Positions 38,510 to 48,244 of a stretch of DNA of 64,000 bases are shown in pieces. The position numbers were made by a program, and so were the translations under genes. The first letter of the stretch is position 1. Each line of letters begins with the position of its first letter. Origin of the DNA: an uncultured cyanobacterium (GTDB lineage Bacteria; Cyanobacteriota; Cyanobacteriia; Cyanobacteriales; Cyanobacteriaceae); assembly GCA_963710605.1 (NCBI GenBank), contig CAVQBA010000004.1:1358035-1422034 (forward strand), read 5' to 3'. The notes under the pieces were generated by a model. That model did no database searches and had not been told where the DNA came from. It was given only the letters and a program-made list of their open reading frames with translations.

Positions 38510-41485
38510 TTAATTACTAATATATTGACTAAATGACTGTTTAATGCTATCACCATTGGGCAACTTAATCATTGAAGCGATCGTTTGTAGTAATTCTTGT
38601 TCTTGAAAAGGTTTAGAAAAATAAGCCTCAGCACCTAAGTTAGCCGCCATTTTACGATGTTTTTCTCCACTTCTTGAAGTTAACATCATCACTGGTATTG
38701 TGGCTAAAAGAGGATGGTTTTTCACATTAGCTAAAAATCCAAATCCATCCAAACGAGGCATTTCTACATCACAAATAACCGCTTGGATATTGATACCTGA
38801 TTGTAGTTTTTCTAAAGCTTCTTGTCCATCTTTTGCTTCTTCGACTAAATAGTTATGTCTTTCTAAGGTTAAAGCTAAAAATCTTCTGACATTAATCGAA
38901 TCATCAACAATCATAATTGTCTGTTGACGATAATCAGAGAAAATAAAATCTAATTTATTTTTTTCAACACTATTATCCTTAATTAAAGTATTAGAAGTAC
39001 TTTGGTGTGTCTCGATAGCATTAATTAATTGTAAGGTATCAATTAAAGGTACAATTCGACCATCACCTAAAATTGTACATCCAGATAAACCTTTTGGTAG
39101 AGGAAGATAATTTGCCACTTGTCTAATCGTAACCTCTTGCTCGCTCCAATATCGATCGACTTTTAAGGCAATTAAATCATCACCTTTTTCAATCATTAAC
39201 ATTGTTGGTTGATTAATTAAAGCAACCGCATCAGTTTCTAACCGAGGTGTAAGATAATTAAATTGAAAATATTGCTCTAACTTTAGTAATCTAATCTGCT
39301 CATTTTCCCAATCAATAAAATCTTTTCCATCTTGAGTAATAATCGATTCTGTTTCTAGCAATTCAACCTCAGAAACTAAACTACTAGGCACAGCCAATAA
39401 CATTTGATTCACTTCAACTAATAAAACTTTAATTATCGATAAAGTAGATGGTACAGTGAGGGTAAAAGTTGTACCTATACCTAATTTTGTTTCTACTTTT
39501 ACTTGACCATCCAATTCTTCTACGTTTGTTTTAACCACATCCATACCCACTCCTCTACCAGATAAATCAGTAACTTGATTAGAAGTACTAAATCCCGGTT
39601 CAAAAATTAAATCTAGTAATTCTTTTTCGGTAAAGTGTTCTAAATCATTATCATCTAATCCCATGTTTTTAACTTTATTAATTATCTTATTTAAATCTAT
39701 TCCTTTACCATCATCTGTTATCGTAATTACTGTCTGATTACCGAGATAATTTGCTCCTATTTCAATCGTGCCTTCAATCGGTTTACCTTGCATTTTTCTG
39801 ACCGTTGGTATCTCTATTCCGTGGTCAAATGCGTTTCTAAATAGATGTAATAAAGGATCATTTAATTGATCAATTACTTTTTTTTCGACTAAAATATTAC
39901 CACCTTTAATCTTAAAATTTATTTTTTTACCATATTCTATTTCCATCTGTCTTAATGCACGGGGAAATTTTTGTAATAAGTCAGAAAAGGGACGCATAGT
40001 AACTTCAGTTATACTTTTGTACATCTTTGTACTTGTCCGTTTTAAGTTTCTTTGGATTTTTTCAGTATCAGTTAAATAGATATTCAAATCATTTTTTAAT
40101 TCCTGAATTTGGACAATATTTTCCATCATTTCACCTGCGAAAATATGGAGGTTATTGTATTTATCCATTTCTAAGGAATCAAAAGAAGAGTCATCTACCG
40201 ATAAGTTATTAGTTAGATATTTATTAGAGCTAATATTATTAGTTGAGTATTGTAAAGATGGTCGAGAAACTTGATCGTAAAGTGTTCTTAATTGAAAGTT
40301 ATTTTTCTCAAGACTATTTAATTTATCACTTAAAATTATCATTGAGTTTCTCATGTTTTTAAGTTGTAAATCTAAGCCATTTTTTTCGATATTTAATTCA
40401 CTAAATAATACTTCTAACTCTTCGATATTTTTTGCTGATACACGTATTTTTCGCTCTTGATTGACTACTTTTATTGGTTGTTGACTAGTTACAACTTCAG
40501 TTTCATTATCAAAAATTTGATCAGTTTCTAGTAATGGTGTTGTCTCATCAATTATTTGTTGATTTAAATTAGTAAAATCATCTATCTCCGTTGTGATGGT
40601 AGATAATTCAACCTCTGGAGACATCGATATAGAGATATCGGGAATATCAATCGATTCTTCGCTTAATAATGAATCGAAAGTAGGTACAGCTATATTTGAT
40701 TTAGTTGATGGAGTCAGGATTAATTTTGTGGGTAATAGTTGTGTTTGTTTTGATAAGACTAATGCTTGCGATCGTCTTAATTGTTTTAAGGCAGATTGAA
40801 TGATAAGCTCAGATGAATCGGGTTGTTGTTGTAGAGTTGATTCGATCGAATCACAAAGTTGAGCTACCGCCGACAAATCAATCATTTGTGCTAAACCCGA
40901 CAAATCAACTAAAAAATCACTCAATTGCTCACTTAAACTAGAATCTTTTTGCTCAGATAAATTTTCTAAGCGATTTAAATTTTCTTCAACTTCAGTCTCA
41001 AATAAAAATAAACTCATATCGGTTTCATCCATCTGAGTATTTTGAGCTAAAAGAGTCTCTTCGTCTTCAGGGTTAAAATCACCTAAATTTTGATGCAGAT
41101 GTGATAAAATAGGCTCTATTCTAGCTTCAACTTTCGTTAAATCAACTGCTTGTTTTGGTTTTTGACTATAATCATTAACTAACTGATTCAAACAATCAAC
41201 ACTACCTAAAAATAGACTTTCTGCTTGATCATTAACAGAAACTTTACCAATTTTGAGAATTTTAAAAAAGTCTTCTAATCGATGGGCATAGTGACTCAAT
41301 TTTTGATATTCCATTAATGCCGCACCACCTTTAAGTGAATGTGCTGCCCTTAATATATTATCGATATTTTTTGGTTGTAATGAGTCATGAGCAATACCCA
41401 ATAATCCTGACTCCATAACTTCTAGGTAGCCTTGGGCTTCTTCTAAAAATTGCATCTGGATTGCTTGTTTTTTTGGGTCATTCAT
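38510..41485 (-). CDS. cheA: Hybrid CheA-like kinase (Hpt-HATPase-CheW-REC)
   Basis: RAAHSLKGGA, HLFRNAFDHGIE, DDGKG, SGRGVGMDVV, receiver domain VDDS...CDVEMPRLDG. Confidence 0.93.
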   Translation of the reverse strand: MNDPKKQAIQMQFLEEAQGYLEVMESGLLGIAHDSLQPKNIDNILRAAHSLKGGAALMEYQKLSHYAHRLEDFFKILKIGKVSVNDQAESLFLGSVDCLNQLVNDYSQKPKQAVDLTKVEARIEPILSHLHQNLGDFNPEDEETLLAQNTQMDETDMSLFLFETEVEENLNRLENLSEQKDSSLSEQLSDFLVDLSGLAQMIDLSAVAQLCDSIESTLQQQPDSSELIIQSALKQLRRSQALVLSKQTQLLPTKLILTPSTKSNIAVPTFDSLLSEESIDIPDISISMSPEVELSTITTEIDDFTNLNQQIIDETTPLLETDQIFDNETEVVTSQQPIKVVNQERKIRVSAKNIEELEVLFSELNIEKNGLDLQLKNMRNSMIILSDKLNSLEKNNFQLRTLYDQVSRPSLQYSTNNISSNKYLTNNLSVDDSSFDSLEMDKYNNLHIFAGEMMENIVQIQELKNDLNIYLTDTEKIQRNLKRTSTKMYKSITEVTMRPFSDLLQKFPRALRQMEIEYGKKINFKIKGGNILVEKKVIDQLNDPLLHLFRNAFDHGIEIPTVRKMQGKPIEGTIEIGANYLGNQTVITITDDGKGIDLNKIINKVKNMGLDDNDLEHFTEKELLDLIFEPGFSTSNQVTDLSGRGVGMDVVKTNVEELDGQVKVETKLGIGTTFTLTVPSTLSIIKVLLVEVNQMLLAVPSSLVSEVELLETESIITQDGKDFIDWENEQIRLLKLEQYFQFNYLTPRLETDAVALINQPTMLMIEKGDDLIALKVDRYWSEQEVTIRQVANYLPLPKGLSGCTILGDGRIVPLIDTLQLINAIETHQSTSNTLIKDNSVEKNKLDFIFSDYRQQTIMIVDDSINVRRFLALTLERHNYLVEEAKDGQEALEKLQSGINIQAVICDVEMPRLDGFGFLANVKNHPLLATIPVMMLTSRSGEKHRKMAANLGAEAYFSKPFQEQELLQTIASMIKLPNGDSIKQSFSQYISN

Positions 41486-41619
41486 GACTATTTTTTGCTC
41501 CTTAATAAATTTTAAGATATTATTTCATATTATGTCATGGTTTATTTCAAGTTATATATAACTCGATCGTCGATGACAATAATTAATTATCAATTTTCAA
41601 CTGAAACAATTAAATCTTA

Positions 41620-42846
41620 ATGCTCAAAAGTGATTTATTAATTTATCGTTATAGTGGTAATACGATCGTCCCTAAAAAGTTACCGTTATTAGCTATCAAT
41701 ATCGATTTAGCGATCGAAATAATTAATTGTTTTCATCAGCATATTGGTAAAACCCAAGCCCAATTAGATACAGCATTACAAGAAATAGAAGGGGATAGAC
41801 CAGATTATAGACTACAAAGGGGACTTGTACACATATTAAGAAATAGTTTTTGCACTTTTGAGATTGTTAGCCCGATTTCTCCTTCATTATTAAGAGAAAA
41901 AGTTTTTGCCAGTGCGGCATCGATACCTAATGTACCTGAAAACAGAAATAAGACAATAGAAACGATCGCTTTTGATTTAAGTAAGGAATTAGAAAAGGAC
42001 GTTTTACCTCATCATATCTTACAAGGATTATACGCAGATTTACAAGAGAATAGAATTTTAACCGAATTTGATGAGCCTACACCAGAAACATTGATTCATC
42101 GTTACAATCTATCTCAAGTGCAAGGATTATTTTATCGTGCTAGTCATCTTATCATCCATGCTCATCGTAATGACCCAGGAGAATATAAATTATTATTTCG
42201 TTATTTAAAATTATTTCAACTCATATCTTATATTGAAGGAGATGCTGATACTGGTTTTACGATTACAATCGATGGTCCTACTAGTTTATTTAAAGCTAGT
42301 ACTCGTTATGGTTTAGCATTAGCCAAGATGATTCCTGCATTGTTACACGTCAACAAATGGAAACTAGAAGCTCAACTTAAACTAAAAGATGCTTATAGTA
42401 AAAAAGAAAAATTGCTCTCATATCACCTTGATGATGGTTGTGGTTTAGTTAGTCATTATCAAAACGATGCTACTTATGATAGTATGCTCGAACGATCGTT
42501 TGCTACCCGTTGGGAGAAACTAAAAACCGAATGGAAACTAGAAAGAGAAGTTGATTTAATTCCTTTACCTGGTAGCGTTATGATTCCCGATTTTCGGTTA
42601 GTGCATCCAGATGGGCGTAGTTTTTTACTGGAAATAATTGGCTTTTGGCATCCTCAATATCTACAGAAAAAATTTTATCAGGTAAGCAAATCTGAAAATA
42701 CTGATTTGATTTTAGCCGTGTCAGAAAGATTGAATTTAGAAAAAGCAGGGGTTAATTTTAACCAATTACCGAATCATCTAATTTGGTTTAAAAACAAACT
42801 GTCTCCTAATGATGTGTTGAAAATTTTAGATAGTACAAATAATTAA
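41620..42846 (+). CDS. DUF790 (Bax1-like) predicted endonuclease
   Basis: RYNLSQVQGL, IDGP.SLF...RYG, YDSMLE, MIPDF...LEIIGFW. Confidence 0.85.
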   Translation: MLKSDLLIYRYSGNTIVPKKLPLLAINIDLAIEIINCFHQHIGKTQAQLDTALQEIEGDRPDYRLQRGLVHILRNSFCTFEIVSPISPSLLREKVFASAASIPNVPENRNKTIETIAFDLSKELEKDVLPHHILQGLYADLQENRILTEFDEPTPETLIHRYNLSQVQGLFYRASHLIIHAHRNDPGEYKLLFRYLKLFQLISYIEGDADTGFTITIDGPTSLFKASTRYGLALAKMIPALLHVNKWKLEAQLKLKDAYSKKEKLLSYHLDDGCGLVSHYQNDATYDSMLERSFATRWEKLKTEWKLEREVDLIPLPGSVMIPDFRLVHPDGRSFLLEIIGFWHPQYLQKKFYQVSKSENTDLILAVSERLNLEKAGVNFNQLPNHLIWFKNKLSPNDVLKILDSTNN

Positions 42847-42862
42847 TCGCTTTAGGCATCAA

Positions 42863-42978
42863 ATAGCAATTATTATTATTGTGATGTATAAACTAATTCT
42901 TATAAATCCCCCTAAATCCCCCTTTGAAAGGGGGACTTACAAATTGTAAATGTAACTCATAATGATGGTAAATGCTAT
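42863..42978. mobile_element. Putative ~116-bp MITE-like element with internal hairpin repeat
   Basis: Imperfect 28-bp terminal inverted repeats (ATAGCA...TGCTAT) enclosing TCCCCCTAAATCCCCCTTTGAAAGGGGGA. Confidence 0.5.
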
Positions 42979-43083
42979 ATATCTATCTAAATACTTTTAA
43001 GACGAAAACGATCGCTTTCTAATTTACTCTAGAATGTAAATGAACACAAAAGAACAAAATATATTTTCTTAAAAGTACAAAAA

Positions 43084-43326
43084 ATGTCTAAGACTGTAAC
43101 TATTCGTTTAGACGAAGATAAATACGAACTATTTAAAAAATTTGCTCAGATGGATAACAGAGCAATTTCTAATTTTATTGAAACAGCTACTTCTAGATAC
43201 ATTGAACAAATAGGCTATGTCGATGAATTTGAGATGGAGGAAATCAATGATAATCAAGAATTACAAGAATCATTAAAAAAAGGAAGTGAAGATGTAAAAA
43301 ATAATAGGAGACGTTTGGTTGACTAA
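43084..43326 (+). CDS. CopG/RHH antitoxin
   Basis: MSKTVTIRLDE...R.ISNFI ribbon-helix-helix, acidic tail, overlaps the toxin. Confidence 0.8.
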   Translation: MSKTVTIRLDEDKYELFKKFAQMDNRAISNFIETATSRYIEQIGYVDEFEMEEINDNQELQESLKKGSEDVKNNRRRLVD

Positions 43327-43597
43327 TTATCAGGTTTTTATTACTGAAGAATACGATAAGCAATTTAGTAAAATCAATAAAAACGATCGAATTTTAATTG
43401 AAAAGAAAATGACAGAATCTGTAATTGTGCAATTAAAATCTGAGCCATTTTTTGGAACTCAAATTAAAAAATTGAAAAATTACCAGCCTCCTACTTGGCG
43501 TTATCGTATTGATAAATACAGAGTTTTTTATACGATCGATAATGAAGCCAAAGAAGTTAATATCCTGACTATTTCTCATCGAAAAGATGCTTATTAA
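43319..43597 (+). CDS. RelE/ParE-family toxin
   Basis: IKKLK...WRYRIDKYRVFYTID...ILTISHRKDAY. Confidence 0.9.
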   Translation: MTNYQVFITEEYDKQFSKINKNDRILIEKKMTESVIVQLKSEPFFGTQIKKLKNYQPPTWRYRIDKYRVFYTIDNEAKEVNILTISHRKDAY

Positions 43598-43795
43598 ATT
43601 AGTAGAATACTATTCTTGATATTTAAGTTTTACTGTGCATAAACTTTATGATTAGTTTGATTAACCACTCTGGGTATAAATTGACAAGACTCATAGGTAT
43701 TGTTCGTATTTTTTCAACTAAAATCAAATAGTTTTTATGTATTATAATACGATCGAGAATAATTACATACTGATTCAAGTAAAAAGAAAATCTCA

Positions 43796-44629
43796 ATGAA
43801 TCAACCACAAGATAAGCAACAAGAGTTAAAATTACAAGCTATTCTCAACGAAGCAAGTAACGCTGAGACATCACCAGAGCGTTTAATTGAAATTTATAAT
43901 GATAATTCGCCATGTTATTACGAAAATCGAATAAAGTATTATGATAGTCGTAATGAAGCAATCGATATTAGAGAAGCATTAACCCTCAATCCAAATACTC
44001 CATTAGAAATATTAAAAATATTGGGAAGAGAATTTCCCAATAAGTTACTTAATAATCCTGTTTTAGATTTATATTTTGTTAGTAATCCCGAACTTTTACC
44101 TGAGATATTACCTTATATTTTAGAATTGCCTCAATGTCTAAAAAAATATGTTTTTTATGCTTTAAATAATTTGTTATATCGGCTAAAAGTAATTTGTCAT
44201 CATCCCCAATTATGGAATCAATGGAGAGAAAAAAATCTTGAGCAAGAAATTGTGCTGAGTAGTCTTCCAAGATATTATCAAGATTGGGATGAGCCTTTAT
44301 ATTTACAAAACTATGATTTGACAGATATTAATCTTCAAGGTGTTTGCTTAACGTATGGTCATTTAAGAAACATTAATTTGAAAGGTGCGAATTTGACAGG
44401 AGCAAATCTTGAAGGAACAAAATTAGAAAATGTCAATTTAGAAGATGCTAACTTAACTGACACGAATTTAAGATATGTAGTATTCTTAAAAGTGACATTA
44501 AATGATAATACTTTAATAGCGGACAAATGGCGATTAGTTTCAGAAATACAAAATAATTCTCAGACACAAAAAGATTTAAGATGTATAGATTTAAGTGAAG
44601 CTAATTTATCAAAAGTTGATTTAAATGGG
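43796..44629 (+). CDS. Pentapeptide-repeat protein with LRV/HEAT-like N-terminus, truncated at the junction
   Basis: LNPNTPLEIL...LLNNPVL followed by pentapeptide repeats; the ORF tail PRLDGPPSPP is read-through into foreign DNA. Confidence 0.8.
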
Positions 44630-44726
44630 CCTCGCCTAGATGGCCCTCCATCTCCGCCTCGAGCGCTTTTTCGATGACGTTCTTCAACATAGGGGCGAAC
44701 GCGCCGCCCTTGCCGAAAAGGTTCTT
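44630..44726 (-). pseudogene. IS256-family transposase fragment (near N-terminus, Bacteroidota type)
   Basis: Minus-strand translation KNLFGKGGAFAPMLKNVIEKALEAEMEGHLGE. Confidence 0.75.
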
Positions 44727-44763
44727 TGGACTTACAACAAAAAAGTGGACCAATAGTTAAAGG

Positions 44764-45594
44764 TCACGCGGCTATTTTTTGATTAGACATTTCATTTTTA
44801 AATTCCTCTATTGTTTTATACCCCAAAGTAGAGTGTATTCTCCTTCTATTATACCATGTCTCTATCCATTGGAATATTGACAGTTCGGCCTGAGATCGAT
44901 GGTCATAATCATGTTTATAGGTCCATTCTACCTTTAAGCTTTTGAAAAAAGATTCGGCCATGGCGTTGTCCCAGCAGTTTCCCTTCCGGCTCATACTTTG
45001 TTTGACCGCCCCGTGTTGTTCCAGGATGGCGGTGAACCGGTTGCCGGCATACTGGGACCCCCTGTCCGAATGGAATATAAGTTCTTCGGTAACGGTATTC
45101 GACATTATCGCCATTCTCCAAGCAGGTATAATGGTGTCCTCGCTGCTTAAGGTCTCGCCCATCGACCAACCTATTACCTTTCTGTTGAACAGGTCGATGA
45201 TCACCGTCAAATACATCCAACCTTCCTTTGTCCGTATATAGGTGATATCCGATACCCGTACACGGTTCTCGCTTGAGACCGTAAAATTACGTTCCAGTAT
45301 ATTGGGCGCGACGGGGTACTTATGATTACTATCGGTGGTGCTTATAAACCTGCGCTTTCTTCGGGCGAACAGGTTATCGGCGGCCATCAATCTGGCAACC
45401 CTGGGTCTTGACACTTCATATCCCCTTTTCAGCAGCTCGGCCCTTAGCCTTGGCGCCCCGTAGCTTTCGAAGCTTTCCCTGAATACTTCACGGATCTCGC
45501 GCGTGATCGCCTCGTTGGCCAACGACCTGCTTGACGGTCTTGCGGCCAGCCAATCATAGTATCCGCTTCTGCTTACCTTGAACATTTTGCACAT
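44764..45594 (-). CDS. IS3 transposase OrfB (DDE)
   Basis: SDITYI, FHSDRGSQY, GNCWDNAMAESFF..LK.E. Confidence 0.95.
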   Translation of the reverse strand: MCKMFKVSRSGYYDWLAARPSSRSLANEAITREIREVFRESFESYGAPRLRAELLKRGYEVSRPRVARLMAADNLFARRKRRFISTTDSNHKYPVAPNILERNFTVSSENRVRVSDITYIRTKEGWMYLTVIIDLFNRKVIGWSMGETLSSEDTIIPAWRMAIMSNTVTEELIFHSDRGSQYAGNRFTAILEQHGAVKQSMSRKGNCWDNAMAESFFKSLKVEWTYKHDYDHRSQAELSIFQWIETWYNRRRIHSTLGYKTIEEFKNEMSNQKIAA

Positions 45595-45653
45595 CTTCCA
45601 GATAGGAAATCTAAATTTATGGTGCTTTATAAACCTATATTTTTCCCGTCTCT

Positions 45654-45941
45654 CTAGGAGAAGATGGCTATTGCCTTTTTTAAAATATCCCTTTCCAGTT
45701 CTGCGACCCGAAGCTTTTTCCTTAGCTCTACGATTTCCCTCTGACTATCGGTCAACTTAGGGATTCCCTTCCCGGGAAAGCCGTTTTCGCCGTATTCCTT
45801 GGATTCCTTGCGCCAACGACCAAGTACCGAACGCGATATGTCCAGCTCTTGGCATACATCAACGATACTACCACGGGCATAGGTCAGTTCCACGGCCTTT
45901 TGCTTGAATTCGACGGAATAACTTCTTAATTCTCTTTTCAT
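45654..45941 (-). CDS. IS3 transposase OrfA (HTH)
   Basis: YSVEFKQKAV...LGRWRK...ELERDILKKA. Confidence 0.93.
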   Translation of the reverse strand: MKRELRSYSVEFKQKAVELTYARGSIVDVCQELDISRSVLGRWRKESKEYGENGFPGKGIPKLTDSQREIVELRKKLRVAELERDILKKAIAIFS

Positions 45942-46008
45942 TTTACAAAATTAGTTCAAACAACCTAATGACTCTTAACTTAGTGTCCGCTCAAATGTAG
46001 TAACTCCA

Positions 46009-46127
46009 GTCGGGGTCCGGGAATTTTTCAGTAAAGTCGAATAGGGACATGCTCATGAATCTTTGCTCCATGTTCTTGATGTTTGTTTCTGCGAATTAAC
46101 TACTTTTATTGATATTGGTTAACTGCC
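46009..46127 (-). pseudogene. IS1595-family left end with the first 21 transposase codons
   Basis: ATG at 46071 gives MEQRFMSMSLFDFTEKFPDPD, cut by the IS3 end; candidate terminus GGCAGTTAAC at 46127. Confidence 0.6.
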
Positions 46128-46159
46128 TTAGTCAATTATAAGATTAATCTTTATTTGAC

Positions 46160-47074
46160 ATGATAACACATTTAAAACTTACTATCCGAATAGTTTTATT
46201 CGGTCTGTTCCTCGGAAATGCCATGGTGGCTCAAGCCCAGGTCGAACTAGCACTTTGGCCTGATGGCATCCCCAATAATCCTGTTAAATATAAAGAAGAG
46301 AAAATTCGCACCGAAGCCGTATTAAGTAGTTCCCTATCCGGAAAGAGCAATATTTTACGTCAAGTCTCTGAACCAACATATACCCTTTATAGACCTGAAA
46401 AGGGCACCGCAAACGGAGTCGCCATTGTCGTTTGCCCTGGTGGTGGTTTTGAAGAATTATGGATTGATCGAGAGGGAACGGACTTCGCGATGTGGTTGAC
46501 AACAAAAGGTTTCACAGCAATGGTATTAAAGTATAGAACCTACAATAGCAATGCCGAAGGATTTTCACTTGAAAGGGACGTGTTCAATGGAGAAGTGTAT
46601 GCCGATGCAAAACAGGCAATCAATATTTTAAGAATTAGGGCAGATGAATTGGGGATAGATAAAAACAAAGTGGGAATCAGCGGTTTCTCCTCTGGCGGTG
46701 CTTTATCGCTTTTTGCCGCTTTGGAGGCTTTTGAGGATAATCTTCCATCGTATGCCAAATATCAGGAAAGTACGTTGCCAGATTTTGCCTGCTTCATCTA
46801 TGGCTCCGTATGGGATGTATTTTTTGAAAAGATAGCATCCAACAAAGAAATCCCTCCAATGTTTTTGGTGAATGGGGGTGAAGATACCGGGACAACTCCT
46901 GATAGGTGTATCAAATTGTATAGTGCGTTGTTGGCGAAGAAAGTGCCAACTGAACTGCACATCTACGCCACGGGGGAACACGGATTTGATTCGGGAATAG
47001 AAAGAGGAATCAGCGTTGCGACTTGGCGCGACAGTTTTGTGAATTGGTTAAAGGATATGAAAATATTGGAGTAA
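46160..47074 (+). CDS. Secreted alpha/beta hydrolase (carbohydrate acetyl-esterase-like)
   Basis: CPGGG, GFSSGG nucleophile elbow, GEHGF; signal peptide. Confidence 0.88.
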   Translation: MITHLKLTIRIVLFGLFLGNAMVAQAQVELALWPDGIPNNPVKYKEEKIRTEAVLSSSLSGKSNILRQVSEPTYTLYRPEKGTANGVAIVVCPGGGFEELWIDREGTDFAMWLTTKGFTAMVLKYRTYNSNAEGFSLERDVFNGEVYADAKQAINILRIRADELGIDKNKVGISGFSSGGALSLFAALEAFEDNLPSYAKYQESTLPDFACFIYGSVWDVFFEKIASNKEIPPMFLVNGGEDTGTTPDRCIKLYSALLAKKVPTELHIYATGEHGFDSGIERGISVATWRDSFVNWLKDMKILE

Positions 47075-47184
47075 AAGACGTTCTCTGCCTTGACATTTGC
47101 CTGCTCCCATGCCAATGGTCAACGCTGAAAGTTTTTAAAACCTTAGGATCTGTCCTGAAATAAGGTGCCTGTTTATACTGGTCC

Positions 47185-48024
47185 TTATTCAAATACCGAA
47201 TCTGAATCTTTTGTAGGGCCTTCAAATTTTCTTAAATAAACGAACATACCCTTGGATGCTTTTTCTTTTGCAAACGCTTCCCTAGTCATTTCTGGATTTA
47301 TTTGGCTATAATGACATTTGATTGAACTAAAGGCCTTGTCTAGGTCTTGTTCGGTATAGGAAACTTTGGTTCTTAAATAGGTGCTAGCTTGCCCCCTGAG
47401 TATCTTGCTTTCAGCCTTGTCAATGTTTTCGGTAGGCGTACCGTAAAAAAATAGGGACATTTGCTTCTCCCAGTCTTTGCTTAAAAAAACCTGCGTAATG
47501 GATGCACCTACTAGCCTATGGTCCATGTGCGTAGAACCACCATCCGGACCCCATGTGATTAGAACGTCCGGCTGTACTTTTGTAACAATGTCATAAAGTT
47601 CTTTTATCATAGCCTGGGCGTGTGGCACATGCCCGTCATAGCCTTCACCTGATTTTAATTGGTCATGATAGTTTAAGTGGGTCAGTTCTGCCCCCAATTT
47701 TTCTGCGGCGCATTTCATCTCTTCTTTCCTTGTGGCTACAAGGGTTTCCCCGGCTTCGTGATCATGATAATCGTTCGTGCCCAACCTTCCATCGGTAACG
47801 ATTACCAAATGTACTTTGGCACCTTCCCGAATATACTTGGCCAATATCGGAGACACCGTACTTTCATCGTCTGGATGCGCAAATACACCTAAAATGACCT
47901 TACCTTCATAAGGTTTCTGACTGCGTACTTCGTTGGTTTGCAAAAGGATGATGACCGATAGGCTATATAGAATCATCGAGCCGATATCCTTTATAAAAGA
48001 ACAGTTAAAAATTTTCATAGTCAT
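47185..48024 (-). CDS. PIG-L family deacetylase
   Basis: FAHPDDE, T.G..G, R..E, HMDH, C.H.SQ. Confidence 0.92.
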   Translation of the reverse strand: MTMKIFNCSFIKDIGSMILYSLSVIILLQTNEVRSQKPYEGKVILGVFAHPDDESTVSPILAKYIREGAKVHLVIVTDGRLGTNDYHDHEAGETLVATRKEEMKCAAEKLGAELTHLNYHDQLKSGEGYDGHVPHAQAMIKELYDIVTKVQPDVLITWGPDGGSTHMDHRLVGASITQVFLSKDWEKQMSLFFYGTPTENIDKAESKILRGQASTYLRTKVSYTEQDLDKAFSSIKCHYSQINPEMTREAFAKEKASKGMFVYLRKFEGPTKDSDSVFE

Positions 48025-48244
48025 TTGCGTTAAATTTGAAAAAGCTTTGATATAGAAATGAATGCATTATGGTTTTCATCTAAAGATAGCAAATGACACT
48101 TCATTTCGATCAATAATTCACTGTAAACCTTTACAATGAGATTTTCTCATTTTATGGGCTAAACGACATATGAACTCATGTAGTTTTCAATTTATCAGGT
48201 AGTCTTTGACTTGGTTCACAAATCGTATCATGCTCTTGATAGGT

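Larger units (their letters stand above)
44727..46008 (-). mobile_element. IS3-family insertion sequence, 1282 bp
   Basis: Terminal IRs TGGACTTACAACAAAAAAGTGGAC and TGGAGTTACTACATTTGAGCGGAC; orfA plus orfB; AAAAAAG slippery site at 45675-45681. Confidence 0.93.

Noticed and set aside
44630-44677. Proline-rich C-terminal tail on the pentapeptide protein
   Set aside because: Read-through across the junction into antisense IS256 sequence.
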